DNA of 64,000 nucleotides from Oligoflexia bacterium (GCA_963758495.1 CAVWVI010000003.1:1344001-1408000); one strand, 5' to 3'; shown: positions 47,985 to 58,624, counted from the first letter of the stretch. The notes: generated by a model from the sequence alone, not told the origin. A program made the numbers and translations.

Positions 47985-48756
47985 TTACCGTCGCTCCCAG
48001 CATCTGATCCGCAACTCCCATTACTTTTGTTCCCATTTCATAAGCGCGTTGAGTCGTAATCATGTCCACCATGCTATTGGCAACATTCACATTTGAGCCT
48101 TCCAATGCTCCTTGTTGAATTAAGCCCAGCCCATTTTCTCCTGGAATCCCCTGGACTGGAGCACCACTAGACAGCGAAGCTTTATAGAGACTATCTCCCA
48201 TCGCCATTAAGCCTTGTTCATTTTGAAAACCCACTAATTGAATTTGTCCCAAAATCACACTATTACCGCCGGGCATCAAAGCAGAGACTTCTCCCGTATG
48301 ATTGACGGTTATATTCAATACATTATTAGGAATTGTAATTTGAGGAACAAGCTTTGCCCCATTAGAAAGCTGAACAATTCCTTGAGAATCAATATGAAAT
48401 GCCCCTGCGCGCGAATACGCCAATTCTCCTTGGGGAGTCGTAACGGGGAAAAACCCAGGGCCTTCAATCATAAAATCAAATGGGTGATAAGTCATTTTAG
48501 CCGGGCCTGGTTCAAAGTTTTTATGGGCTGCACCCACTTTTACTCCCATTCCCACCTGAACACCCACAGGAGTTTGACTTCCAGCACCGAGTGCGCCACC
48601 AGGAGCTTTGATTGTTTCATACATTAAATCGTGAAATTCGGTGTTTGTGCGCTTATAACCATCGGTATTAACGTTTGCGAGATCATTGGCGATATTCGCA
48701 ATTTTGGTTTGCTGCGCCTCAAGACCCGTGGCAGCAGTGGTAAGCGCTCGCATCAT
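47974..48756 (-). CDS. flgG: Flagellar distal rod protein
   Basis: TAATGLEAQQ, ANDLANVNT.GYK, QGALEGSNVN, MITTQRAYE. Confidence 0.95.
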   Translation of the reverse strand: MMRALTTAATGLEAQQTKIANIANDLANVNTDGYKRTNTEFHDLMYETIKAPGGALGAGSQTPVGVQVGMGVKVGAAHKNFEPGPAKMTYHPFDFMIEGPGFFPVTTPQGELAYSRAGAFHIDSQGIVQLSNGAKLVPQITIPNNVLNITVNHTGEVSALMPGGNSVILGQIQLVGFQNEQGLMAMGDSLYKASLSSGAPVQGIPGENGLGLIQQGALEGSNVNVANSMVDMITTQRAYEMGTKVMGVADQMLGATVNVK

Positions 48757-49622
48757 AATTTGCCAACCTCATTTACTTCTTTACCCATTAATTCTCCGTA
48801 AGTTTTGAGAGCTTTCAAATCTTGCTCAAAAAGACGATTTGCCTTAATCATATTGGTCATTTCTTCAATCGGATTCACATTCGAAGTTTCAACCATACCC
48901 TGACGTATTTCTGTATGATTCGGACTTATTTTATTTAGTATATCTTTATTTTCAAAAAGTTGACCTCCAGATTTATTTATTTTCTTGAGATCTTGAAATT
49001 CACTCACACTTAATTTTGCCACTCGCTCATCACCCGCATAAATTTCCCCCTGACTATTTATTGTAAAATGAGCGCCTCTATCCTTGAGATTAATAAATCG
49101 TGCGGCAATATCATCTGATTGTCGACTTGCCAGATTCGTTTTAGCAGAACTGGCATTGCTTGGCATAGCACCTGATATCCCACTTAGTTCAGCGGCAAGT
49201 ACTGGAAACCCTTCTGAGGTGACAAGGCGCCCATCAGAAGCTACTTTAAGACTTCCTTGTCTCGTGTAACGTATTCCATTCGGAGTACTTACTTCAAGAA
49301 AGCCGGGTCCATCCATTGCTACATCAAACTGTGATTGCGTGACACTTAGATTCCCTTGCCTAAAGTTAGTATAGGTTCCGTCCAGAATGACATGAGATTG
49401 ATCGCGCCCATCTAGGGGGTAAAAGTCCTTATCTTTAATCGCACCACGAGGAATATCTAAAGATCCATGGTCTCTTTCAACTGTTGTTAAATATTCTTTA
49501 AACGTCGGTAAGTCTTTTTTAAATGCAGGGGTATCAGAATTAGCTAAATTATTTGCAACGATATCTAGATTTTGAGACTGAACGGAAGCCCCTGCTGCCG
49601 CAGTCCACATTCCTGTAGCCAA
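48753..49622 (-). CDS. flgF: Flagellar proximal rod protein
   Basis: ANNLANSDTPAFKKD, YTRQG, QGMVETSNVN; TTG start after AGGAG RBS. Confidence 0.88.
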   Translation of the reverse strand: MATGMWTAAAGASVQSQNLDIVANNLANSDTPAFKKDLPTFKEYLTTVERDHGSLDIPRGAIKDKDFYPLDGRDQSHVILDGTYTNFRQGNLSVTQSQFDVAMDGPGFLEVSTPNGIRYTRQGSLKVASDGRLVTSEGFPVLAAELSGISGAMPSNASSAKTNLASRQSDDIAARFINLKDRGAHFTINSQGEIYAGDERVAKLSVSEFQDLKKINKSGGQLFENKDILNKISPNHTEIRQGMVETSNVNPIEEMTNMIKANRLFEQDLKALKTYGELMGKEVNEVGKL

Positions 49623-49654
49623 ATGTTTTCTCTCCTTCTCTAAGCATAACCTTT

Positions 49655-49671
49655 AGCAATCGGCATGCCTA
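49655..49671 (-). promoter_or_regulatory. Sigma54 (-24/-12) promoter of the flgF operon
   Basis: TAGGCATGCCGATTGCT with GG-N10-GC spacing. Confidence 0.7.
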
Positions 49672-49805
49672 AATAAAACTTAAATAAAATCGCTTAAAAA
49701 CCTAACCGGATTAGGTATTTTTTTCTACTTAGGTAAAAGTCGCATCTTTGAAGGAAGTTTTTGCCTGTTTGCGAAGTACTTTTTCCATGTTAAGGTCCTG
49801 TCACT

Positions 49806-50669
49806 ATGATTCGACTTCTTGCTAAGCCAGTTGCTGATGCCATCCAAACTGAAATTCGGATACGAACTGGGAATTTCATTCAAAAATATCAAAGAAAACC
49901 CCATCTCTCAGTGGTCTTAGTTGGTCAAGATCCTGCTAGCATGATCTACACTCGTAAAAAGGGCGAAGCAGCAATCGCTTTGGGCATGGATCATCAAACC
50001 ATTACTCTCCCTCAAGATACCACCCCCACTGAAGTCAAATCCGTTATAGACTTACTTAATCTGGATCCGAAGGTAGATGGCATTTTAATACAAAGACCCC
50101 TGCCTCATGGCTTTAAAGAAGAGGAAGTTTTATACTGGGTTGCTCCTGAAAAGGATGTGGATGCCTTTCACCCTGTAAATGCCGGAAGACTTTTTTTAGG
50201 ATTACCGTCATTTCAACCCTGCACACCCGCTGGAATCATGGCGCTCCTTAAATATTATAAAATTAATCCTGCAAGTAAAACTGCATGCGTCGTGGGTCGA
50301 AGCTCAATCGTAGGAAAACCGATGTCTGCCCTTCTTCTGCAGGCTGATGCAACAGTGTTACAATGCCATAGTAAAACTCCTGAATTACGAAACTTCACAC
50401 GACAAGCAGAGATTTTGATTGTCGCTGCTGGGAAAATGGGCCTGATTGATCAAACGTATATCCGAAAAGGTGCCATCGTAATTGACGTTGGAATGCATAG
50501 AAATTCAGAGGGAAAGGTAGTCGGAGACGTTCAATATGAAAGCGTCGCAGAAATCGCTTCAGCTATAACGCCTGTTCCGGGTGGTGTGGGGCCTATGACC
50601 ATTGCCATTCTTATGCAAAATACAATAGTGTCAGCTGAACGAAAAGAAAGTGAATCATCCTCTCCCTGA
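49806..50669 (+). CDS. folD: Methylenetetrahydrofolate dehydrogenase/cyclohydrolase
   Basis: EKDVDAFHP, PCTPAG, GRSSIVGKP, IDVG, TPVPGGVGPMT. Confidence 0.96.
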   Translation: MIRLLAKPVADAIQTEIRIRTGNFIQKYQRKPHLSVVLVGQDPASMIYTRKKGEAAIALGMDHQTITLPQDTTPTEVKSVIDLLNLDPKVDGILIQRPLPHGFKEEEVLYWVAPEKDVDAFHPVNAGRLFLGLPSFQPCTPAGIMALLKYYKINPASKTACVVGRSSIVGKPMSALLLQADATVLQCHSKTPELRNFTRQAEILIVAAGKMGLIDQTYIRKGAIVIDVGMHRNSEGKVVGDVQYESVAEIASAITPVPGGVGPMTIAILMQNTIVSAERKESESSSP

Positions 50670-50749
50670 AGAACTTTTTAAAGAAGAACTTTTTTAAAGT
50701 TGAGGAGCCAGACCTAGACACAAGCCTTCCCCAGGTGTAGATACATTTT

Positions 50750-51865
50750 ATGTTGAAGAGAACTGCCTTGTTTGAAGAACATCAACGTCTTGGGGGCCGA
50801 CTGATTGATTTTGGAGGATGGGAATTACCTGTCCAATATTCAGGCGTGATGGATGAACATCTTGCTTGCCGAGCTACCGCCGGCCTATTCGATGTCAGTC
50901 ATATGGGAGAAGTTCACATCGAAGGAGCGGATGCCGAAAATTACCTGAATTTCTTAGTGACCAATGATGTTTCTCGGCTTGCTATCGGCCAAGCGCAATA
51001 CACCGCAATGTGCCATGAAACGGGAGGGATCGTTGACGACCTCGTTATTTACCGTCGTGCATCAGATCGGTTCTTAGTCGTAGTCAATGCGAGCAACACA
51101 GATAAAGACTACCGCCACATGAGCTTAGTTCAACAGCAGTTCCAATCTAAATGGAAAGATCTAAGGATTTCCAACGAGAGCCCGAATTACACTCAGATTG
51201 CGATCCAAGGTCGGCAAGCTGAAGCCATTTTGAGCAAAATAACAAGAGTCTCACTCAATTCTATGCGGACTTATTGGTTTGCAGAAGGTACAGTTTTAAA
51301 CGACATTCAAGCACTATTAGGCAGGACGGGCTATACTGGCGAAGATGGCTTTGAAATTTATATTCCATGGGAAAGGGGTCCGGCTGTTTGGCGAGCGCTT
51401 CTTGAAGCAGGATCACCCTTAGGGCTCAAACCGTGTGGCCTCGGAGCGCGAGATACTTTGCGTTTAGAAATGAAGTACCCCCTTTATGGAAATGAACTCT
51501 CCGACGAAACTCACCCCCTCATTGCCGGTTTAGGCTGGGTTACTAAACTGAATAAAGGTGACTTTATCGGCCGCAGTTCCATCCTACAAGCTAAAGAAAA
51601 GGGAATGAATCGACAACTCATAGGAATTAAGCTTCTCGATCGCGGTATCCCTCGTCATGGATATGAACTATTCGATTCAGAAGGAATTCAGCGAATTGGA
51701 GAAGTGACCAGCGGAACTCAATCTCCTTCACTCAAACAAGCCATCGGAATTGGCTACGTAGATCTTGCGCATAGCGCAATCGGCTCCAGACTTACGGTAG
51801 ATATTCGCGGCGTCAAGACTCCAGCCGAAGTCGTGCCCACCCCCTTTTATAAAAAACCTTATTAA
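50750..51865 (+). CDS. gcvT: Glycine cleavage system T protein
   Basis: FGGWELPVQY, FDVSHMG, RTGYTGEDGFE, GLGARDTLRLE. Confidence 0.97.
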   Translation: MLKRTALFEEHQRLGGRLIDFGGWELPVQYSGVMDEHLACRATAGLFDVSHMGEVHIEGADAENYLNFLVTNDVSRLAIGQAQYTAMCHETGGIVDDLVIYRRASDRFLVVVNASNTDKDYRHMSLVQQQFQSKWKDLRISNESPNYTQIAIQGRQAEAILSKITRVSLNSMRTYWFAEGTVLNDIQALLGRTGYTGEDGFEIYIPWERGPAVWRALLEAGSPLGLKPCGLGARDTLRLEMKYPLYGNELSDETHPLIAGLGWVTKLNKGDFIGRSSILQAKEKGMNRQLIGIKLLDRGIPRHGYELFDSEGIQRIGEVTSGTQSPSLKQAIGIGYVDLAHSAIGSRLTVDIRGVKTPAEVVPTPFYKKPY

Positions 51866-51905
51866 CGAATGACTATCCAAAATGAATATCCTATGAGGAG
51901 GATTT

Positions 51906-52292
51906 ATGAAATTCCCTGAAAATTTAAAATACACTAAAGACCATGAATGGGCGCGGCTTGATGGGAAAACGATCACCATTGGGATTACCGACCACGCACA
52001 AAAGGCACTCGGCGACGTAGTCTATGTTGAGCTTCCTACCGTTGGCCGTGTTTTGAAAAAAGCTGAAACATTTGGTGTGGTCGAAAGCATTAAAGCCGTC
52101 TCTGATCTTTATGCCCCCGTGGCAGGCAAAGTAACCGAAGTGAATACCCAACTCACAGACAACCCAGCACAGATTAACCAAGATCCTCAAGGTGCGGCTT
52201 GGATGATTAAGATGGAATTAACAGATCCAGAATCTACAAAAGAACTGATAGACGCAGTGAGCTATGCAAAATACGTAGAAACCTTAAAATAA
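51906..52292 (+). CDS. gcvH: Glycine cleavage system H protein
   Basis: HEWAR, GITDHAQ..LGDVV, VESIKAVSD lipoyl lysine. Confidence 0.97.
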   Translation: MKFPENLKYTKDHEWARLDGKTITIGITDHAQKALGDVVYVELPTVGRVLKKAETFGVVESIKAVSDLYAPVAGKVTEVNTQLTDNPAQINQDPQGAAWMIKMELTDPESTKELIDAVSYAKYVETLK

Positions 52293-52369
52293 GGTCGCCA
52301 CGGCGAACGCCGTTCAACTTGAGTTAAAGTTGACATTTTCATGCGTTAAGAGGAAAAATTCTCAAACTT

Positions 52370-52948
52370 ATGAAAAAATCAACACTCGTACTTTTAGGTC
52401 TCATTACTCTTATTCTAATTTCGCTTAGCTGGGGGGTTTCAACCTCTAATCGACTCGTCACTCTAGATGAAGGCGTTAAAGAAAAGTGGTCGCAGGTTGA
52501 AAATGTTTATCAACGCCGTCTGGATTTAATTCCAAATCTGGTAAATACCGTCAAAGGTTATGCCAAACACGAGGCTCAGGTTTTTGAAGAAGTCACTCGG
52601 GCGAGATCCCAAGCGGGACAAGTTCGGGTCAATAACGTGGATGATTTGAAGAAATTTGATCAAGCACAGGCACAACTCAGTGGAGCTCTTTCTCGTCTCC
52701 TTGTCGTAGCGGAAAATTATCCACAACTTAAAGCAGACCAAAATTTTCTAGAACTTCAATCCCAACTTGAAGGCACTGAGAATCGCATCACCGTAGAACG
52801 AATGCGCTTCAACGAGTCCGCACGTGAATACAATACTTACCTTCGCCGTTTCCCTGAGTCCATAGTTGCAAACTTTAGAGGATTTCACGAACGACCCTAT
52901 TTTCAAGCAGACGTAACTGCGAAAACTGCACCCAAGGTTGAATTTTGA
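52370..52948 (+). CDS. lemA: LemA family protein
   Basis: QRRLDLIPNLVNTVKGYA, ENYPQLKA, LEGTENRI. Confidence 0.95.
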   Translation: MKKSTLVLLGLITLILISLSWGVSTSNRLVTLDEGVKEKWSQVENVYQRRLDLIPNLVNTVKGYAKHEAQVFEEVTRARSQAGQVRVNNVDDLKKFDQAQAQLSGALSRLLVVAENYPQLKADQNFLELQSQLEGTENRITVERMRFNESAREYNTYLRRFPESIVANFRGFHERPYFQADVTAKTAPKVEF

Positions 52949-53802
52949 TGCAAGCACTGAGAGTATGGCTGATTGTATTGGCTCTAGCGTCTACTTCTAT
53001 TGTTTATGCTGAACCACCTCCCCTGCCAGCGCCTCCCACCTCTTATGTTTTAGATGAACCGGGTGTCCTCGATGCAAAAACGCTCGGTTCTCTCCAAGCC
53101 CTTCTCAGCAGGCAAGATAGCGTCACTGGCGAGCAGGTGGTTTTTGCTATTTTTAAAACACTTTCTCATCAAGATTTGGTGACTTGGACCAACCAAGTTT
53201 TTCAACACTGGAAGATAGGTCAAAAAGGAAAAGACAACGGGGTACTTCTCGCATTGTATTGGCAAGATCACAAAGCGAGAATTGAAGTTGGGTATGGACT
53301 TGAATCCCGTTTAACAGACGCAAAATCGAAGTGGATCATCAACGAATATCTTATCCCTGAATTAAAAAGCAACCATCCCAATGCTGCACTCACTCTCACG
53401 GCAATTCAAATTCTTAAAACTCTCAACAGTCCCTTAATTCAAAACGGAGAAGCTGAGAAAATTTTGCAACAGGGTGGAAATCCTGTTCATCTTACAAACA
53501 CGCCATTGACATCTGCTCATCCCCTCGTTTGGTGGCTCTTAGGGTTTATCCTTTTCTTTCTCTTCTTTAGAATATTCTTCGTTGGCGATTCTCACTTCAC
53601 TCGTGGAAATGAAGAGGGGAGCCACAACTCCTGGACTGGAAAAAACCGTCGCTTTCGAAATAGAAGTAGATGGTGGTGGGGCGGCGGGGGTGGGGGCTTC
53701 GGCGGTGGGGGCTGGGGCGGCGGAGATGGTAATGGGGGTGGGGGTGGCTTTAGTGGAGGCGGCGGCTCTTCTGGTGGTGGCGGTGCCAGTGGCGATTGGT
53801 AG
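52948..53802 (+). CDS. TPM-domain (YgcG-like) membrane protein with Gly-rich tail
   Basis: WKIGQKGKDNGVLL, RIEVGYGLE..LTD, GGG.SGGGGASG.W. Confidence 0.9.
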   Translation: MQALRVWLIVLALASTSIVYAEPPPLPAPPTSYVLDEPGVLDAKTLGSLQALLSRQDSVTGEQVVFAIFKTLSHQDLVTWTNQVFQHWKIGQKGKDNGVLLALYWQDHKARIEVGYGLESRLTDAKSKWIINEYLIPELKSNHPNAALTLTAIQILKTLNSPLIQNGEAEKILQQGGNPVHLTNTPLTSAHPLVWWLLGFILFFLFFRIFFVGDSHFTRGNEEGSHNSWTGKNRRFRNRSRWWWGGGGGGFGGGGWGGGDGNGGGGGFSGGGGSSGGGGASGDW

Positions 53803-53820
53803 AACTGATTTAGCCAAAGG

Positions 53821-55293
53821 TTATTTGGTCAAAGGGAGTTGAATTACAAATCGGGTATTCGGGCTATCTACATCCTCAAACAAAGATCCTCCATGCGAAT
53901 CAATAATTCCCTTGGCGATACTGAGGCCCAAACCGATTCCGCTTCCAATTTCTTTAGTAGTGAAAAATGGATTGAATATGCTATCTCGAAAAACTTCAGG
54001 AATACCATTTCCAGAATCAGTCACAGAGATTTCAACATGTTCATTCCGGTTATAAACATCGATTCTGACCCACTTTTCATTTGACTTGGGTGACTCGGGT
54101 GACTCGCGTGACTGAAGCGATTCAGGCAACTCAGAAACAGCATCAAAAGAGTTATTGAGCAAATTCAGGATTGCTTGCTCAATCTCGACAAATCGGCATT
54201 TCAGCTCAACTGAATCCACTTGAGAACAGATTAACTTCACATTGCCTTTTTGATACCGCCGCTCACACAGAGCTATTGTATCTTTTATAATTTGTTTAAT
54301 ATTGACCTTGATGGGAGGGGTCTTTACAGTGTTCGGAGAAGAAAAAGTAAGTATCCCACTAATGATAGTGGCCATTCTATTGGCTGTCTGAGTAAGACTT
54401 TCTGTCATTTCCTTAACGATAGAAGATTCGACTACTTCTCCCTTCTCAGCCATGATTTGTAACTCTTCCAAGGTTAAAGCGATCACTGTCAACGGAGTAT
54501 TGATCTCATGTGCAATTCCGGCACACACCTTCCCTAATGCCGCCATTTTCTCAGCACGAACCAACTTTTCTTGCTGCTTCTTGAACTGTTGGGTGCGCTC
54601 TTCAACAATAGCCTCAAGCTGATCAAAAAGACCTTTCAAAGAAACCCTCGTTGTTTCAAGCGCCTGCCCCAACTCAGCGATTTCATCACTACCCGACCAA
54701 ATAAAGCTTTGATTCAAAACTCTATCGGCTAGTAATCGAGCATGAAAATGAATGCGCTTTAATCGTGATATAATTCGTATATTTATCAATAATGCTAGAA
54801 TTATAAAACAAATTGTAAGTTGAATTCCAAACTGAAAAAGATGAATAAAAGACGACCAATATATTTTAGACCGATATTTTGCCGAAGAAAATTCAACATG
54901 AACTTTTCCGATATTCATTCCATCATGCATAATCGGCAGCTCTTTGACTAAACTTTCACCACTTCTACGACTCTCACGCACTGTATCCAAGAACGACCTG
55001 TTCTGACTATCAGTGACAGAAACTCTCACGACTCTATCATCTGTCATAATTGCTTCTGATAGCTTCTTAAGCGAGGCTTTATCAAAATTCCACAATGGAA
55101 ATGAGGAAGATATACTTAAAATCTCGGTAATTCTATTATGATCCTGATTGGATTCGTTCTGGAGGCTTTTGCGTGTATAGATGCTTGAAAATATGAAAAC
55201 CAATGCAGTCGGAATAACTAATCCAATAAAAATACCACCCAAAACCACCGATTTGATTCTTAAATTTTTCCATATTAAACTTGGATTAGTCAT
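53821..55293 (-). CDS. Membrane sensor histidine kinase (HAMP-HisKA-HATPase)
   Basis: Two TM helices, DEIAEL HAMP, AHEINTPL, NLLNNSFDA, DSGNGI, FFTTK, GIGLGL. Confidence 0.92.
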   Translation of the reverse strand: MTNPSLIWKNLRIKSVVLGGIFIGLVIPTALVFIFSSIYTRKSLQNESNQDHNRITEILSISSSFPLWNFDKASLKKLSEAIMTDDRVVRVSVTDSQNRSFLDTVRESRRSGESLVKELPIMHDGMNIGKVHVEFSSAKYRSKIYWSSFIHLFQFGIQLTICFIILALLINIRIISRLKRIHFHARLLADRVLNQSFIWSGSDEIAELGQALETTRVSLKGLFDQLEAIVEERTQQFKKQQEKLVRAEKMAALGKVCAGIAHEINTPLTVIALTLEELQIMAEKGEVVESSIVKEMTESLTQTANRMATIISGILTFSSPNTVKTPPIKVNIKQIIKDTIALCERRYQKGNVKLICSQVDSVELKCRFVEIEQAILNLLNNSFDAVSELPESLQSRESPESPKSNEKWVRIDVYNRNEHVEISVTDSGNGIPEVFRDSIFNPFFTTKEIGSGIGLGLSIAKGIIDSHGGSLFEDVDSPNTRFVIQLPLTK

Positions 55294-55308
55294 TTAAAAA
55301 ATACTCAT

Positions 55309-56400
55309 ATGATTAAGAATAATTATACTTTATTTATACAAGTGTATATTAATTTGGTTCGACAAACTTCAAAATATTTTCAATTGAAAGTATTCGTTTA
55401 CCTTATTTTGAGCGCAAGCCCATGTTTTGCCCAAGACTTAACGTGGCTCGGGCCTAGCGATGGACCAAGAGCAGAAACCAAAAAAAGAATTACTTTTATT
55501 GGGTCTGACTTAAAAAATGGAGGAATCGCGGCAGTTTATCGCTCCTTTGAAACTGCCGCCAATAAAGTCGATTGGAGCGTGGCTACCTTTGATGGAGAAG
55601 GAAACTTAGAAACTCTTAAAAAACAAATGATTGTTGCGATAAAATCACACCCTGATGGAATGGTCGTTGCCGGACTCCCTGAGGAATGCATGACAGATTT
55701 GTCGACATGGATCAGACATTCGCAAATTGCTCTGGTGGGCTGGCATTCGGCGGCAAAAGCTGGACTCTACCACAAGCTCTATGTAAATGTATCCACCGAC
55801 CCCATCGAAGTAGCCAAAATCGCCACCGACTACGTCATCCAACATACGAATGGGCCAGTAGGTGTCGTCATTTTCAATGATAGTAGCTTCGCAGTGGCGA
55901 ACGCCAAGACAAAATGGATGATCGAGGCACTTGCAAAATGTAACCGTTGCAAAATTTTAGCAGTAGAGGACCTTTCAATTTCTAGTGTGGAAAAAGATAT
56001 TCCTGAAGCCGTGATTCGTCTAAACAAAAAATTTGGTCATACTTGGACTCACAATTTAGCAATTAATGATGCTTATTTTGACAGCATGAATTTTTCTCTC
56101 TCCAACATTGGAAGAACTGATATCGAAAATATCTCTGCTGGAGACGGCTCAAACAAAGCATTGAGTCGTATCAAATCCGGCTCGTCCCAACAAGTTGCAA
56201 CAGTAGCGGAACCTTTGAAAATCCAAGGATGGCAACTCGTAGATGAGCTCAATCGTCTTTTTTCAGGAGCACAGCCCAGCGGGTTTGTTACGAAGCCCCT
56301 GCTGATTACTTCCCCAATATTGGAGCAAATGGGAGACAAAGACATTGATTTGATACTCGGGGATTATAAAAAGGCATATTTATCGATATGGAAGAAATAG
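55309..56400 (+). CDS. Periplasmic binding protein type 1 (sugar-binding/LacI-like fold)
   Basis: Signal-like segment ending PCFA; AINDAYFD, SAGDGS, ATVAEPL..GWQLVDELNR; true start probably downstream of 55309. Confidence 0.8.
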   Translation: MIKNNYTLFIQVYINLVRQTSKYFQLKVFVYLILSASPCFAQDLTWLGPSDGPRAETKKRITFIGSDLKNGGIAAVYRSFETAANKVDWSVATFDGEGNLETLKKQMIVAIKSHPDGMVVAGLPEECMTDLSTWIRHSQIALVGWHSAAKAGLYHKLYVNVSTDPIEVAKIATDYVIQHTNGPVGVVIFNDSSFAVANAKTKWMIEALAKCNRCKILAVEDLSISSVEKDIPEAVIRLNKKFGHTWTHNLAINDAYFDSMNFSLSNIGRTDIENISAGDGSNKALSRIKSGSSQQVATVAEPLKIQGWQLVDELNRLFSGAQPSGFVTKPLLITSPILEQMGDKDIDLILGDYKKAYLSIWKK

Positions 56401-56471
56401 CTTTATGCGAGGAGCGATTACAGAAAGAGTAATGAATAGGGGCAGACTATGCTAACCTTAAGTGATAGAAG

Positions 56472-56771
56472 TCAGGCATGAGACTTGGGTGCAAGATCTC
56501 GGTGCTTGTGTGATATCAATACTGTTCTACCTTCTATGCTCGAATCTGGCATGAGAGCTATCTGGAATCCGTCAACTGATTGGATCTCTTGGAGCCCGTC
56601 CACATGCATTTTTTTTAGTTTAAATGGATCTTTAGTCTTTACTTTAGCTCGAGCCTCTTCAAAATTTTCAGCCGCAACAAAAAAATTTACGTGAGATTCG
56701 TAAATGCCATCACCGATTTCAGAATCATAATAACCACAATGCACAAGAAATAATTTCATTAAAATACCCAT
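56472..56771 (-). CDS. DUF1543-like small protein
   Basis: KLFLVHCGYY..YESH..FFVAA..EAR..K..MHVD..EI..VDG. Confidence 0.7.
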   Translation of the reverse strand: MGILMKLFLVHCGYYDSEIGDGIYESHVNFFVAAENFEEARAKVKTKDPFKLKKMHVDGLQEIQSVDGFQIALMPDSSIEGRTVLISHKHRDLAPKSHA

Positions 56772-56780
56772 TTTTAAATA

Positions 56781-58218
56781 CTAGCGTTCAAGATCATACG
56801 TTTTGCGAATCTTACTACCTTTTCCAATTTCAGGCAATCTGGCGTGTAGTTTGAAGACGGATTTCTCAACTGCCACCTTGCACGGATTATTTTGCTGAGA
56901 ATCAAAGTAATTTTTGAGTGCTACCTGCATCTGAAGTGAATAATCTAGAGCTACATCTCCCGCGCTAGGAGCCTGGTATTCACAATTTTTTGGGTCAATA
57001 CTACCAAATGGGGTAATCCCTTGTAAATTCCGAAACCAATTCATCTTTTGTTTATCTGAACACTGAATACTACCACCCGACCCTATCATTGGAGCAACAA
57101 TGGGATATTGTGCAGTTGAATGACAGCTTAAACAAGATGATGCTGGATTATCTACTGGGCCATTTAATCTTTTGCCCCAACCAAGATGCACTAACGCATA
57201 CGTTGGCGCCAGAGGACTAATATAGCTTTCAACAGGACGTGCTCCCGTAGTAAATTTTTCAAGCGTAAGTGTTGGATCGTTGCCCCACATCAAACCAACA
57301 AGTTTCATTTTATACCAGGGGATTATCTGACTGCTTTTTGAAATCATAAGCAAATGTTCCAAATACCCAACCTGTTTCTTCTGCTCTTTTGCTACGGATA
57401 GCAAAATCGATTTGTAGTACTCGAAGCTGCTGAATAGATTTCAGTCCATTGCTTCTATTAACTACAAAGCCGGATACCCTAGGAGAATCTGCTAAAATAT
57501 CAGGCCCATCAAACTCCTCTGATCTAGCGTCAGTGAGTAATAGTTTAACAACTGCAGAACCCTCAGGTAATTGACTCTTAGAAAGATCAGGTAAATCACC
57601 CCTCCAAATTTGCCCAATTGAATAGGCCGCTGTAGCATTATAATAGCCTACCGCGTAGTTATTTACAGAAGCACCCTTTCTAAGGCCTAACTCAGGCCCA
57701 ATAATGGGTCGTTCATCTGTCAGACCATGAACAAACTCTCGAGGGTGCTTTCCTGTTGTCATCCACGGAATATGGAACCATTTATGTTTAGAGTTAGCTT
57801 CCGCATACCAATCTGATTTAATCATGCCGTCGTATACGTACTTTAAAAATGAATCAGCATAGCGCTCCGCTTCATTATTTTTTTTGAAGTCAAACTCATC
57901 CCAAGGATACTTTTCATGAACTGCAGATGACGGATAATTCTGAGATAAAATAAACCGCGATCCAGAATAATTTTCTTGCACCTCAGATACAAAGTCAGGA
58001 TAGCGACCCGAACATTGAGCGACAAATTTGCCAGTCGAATTCGGCTTTCCATATGCATCCACTCGAAGGCAAATGGCGTCTTTTGAACATCGAAGGGAAG
58101 CAGGTTCAGGCAATGGAGATGACGTTCCAGTAGCGCTACAAGTTCGAGTAACGATGACATTTAAAATTAGACAGTTAAAAAGCAGAAGAAATAAAAAATA
58201 TTTATATATTATCTTCAC
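56781..58218 (-). pseudogene. Exported c-type cytochrome-like protein split by a 1-bp frame break (ORFs 57310..58218 and 56781..57404)
   Basis: Removing one base from the C4 run (57318-57321) gives SDNPWYKMKLVGLMWGNDP and one 478-aa ORF with signal peptide and CLSCH haem motif. Confidence 0.75.
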
Positions 58219-58343
58219 CGTAGTTCAATCCTACAGTGATTCATTTACTATAAAAATTAAAATTATAAAAATAATAGAAAATCATATGTCGGATACTACT
58301 TAAATTCAGTCTGATTAGTGCCTACAAAGATTTTTAAATGTAA

Positions 58344-58414
58344 ACTGTTCTAACTTCTATTCCTCGAATCTGGCATGAGAGATATCTAGAATGCGTCATC
58401 CGCTTGGATCCCTT
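58344..58414. repeat. Degenerate ~70-bp direct copy of 56521-56590 (internal DUF1543-like gene fragment)
   Basis: Shared actgttcta.cttctat..ctcgaatctggcatgagag.tatct.gaat.cgtca...ttggatc.ctt. Confidence 0.8.
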
Positions 58415-58624
58415 CCAGGCGGCACAATGGGTGAATGGTGACTTTGACGCAATAAAATCACATTAAAAATTTAAATCTTTCTAATAACAAATATTAATAC
58501 CTAAAGGGTCATCAAGCTGCTTATTTAATATAACTAACTGAAAGTACAGTGTTTTATTTTTTTTACTTGAGCATGGATATTGCTTTATAGCACCCTATAA
58601 ACGGACACAGGAGCCCAACCAATT

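Noticed and set aside
50668..50749. Glycine riboswitch upstream of gcvT
   Set aside because: The intergenic region is only ~80 bp, holds a short duplicated gaagaacttttt, and shows no aptamer motifs
52314..52333. Palindrome tcaactt-N6-aagttga overlapping TTGACA upstream of lemA
   Set aside because: 7-bp arms, single occurrence, no cognate regulator and no clear -10 box; may be chance
53670..53800. Very GC-rich stretch suggesting foreign DNA
   Set aside because: It encodes the poly-Gly tail typical of TPM-domain proteins
54085..54115. 9-bp repeat inside the histidine kinase (RESPESPKS)
   Set aside because: Short in-frame loop insertion with no evidence of function
58568..58584. Sigma54 promoter upstream of the GNAT gene (GAGCATGGATATTGC)
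   Set aside because: The invariant GG at -24 reads AG
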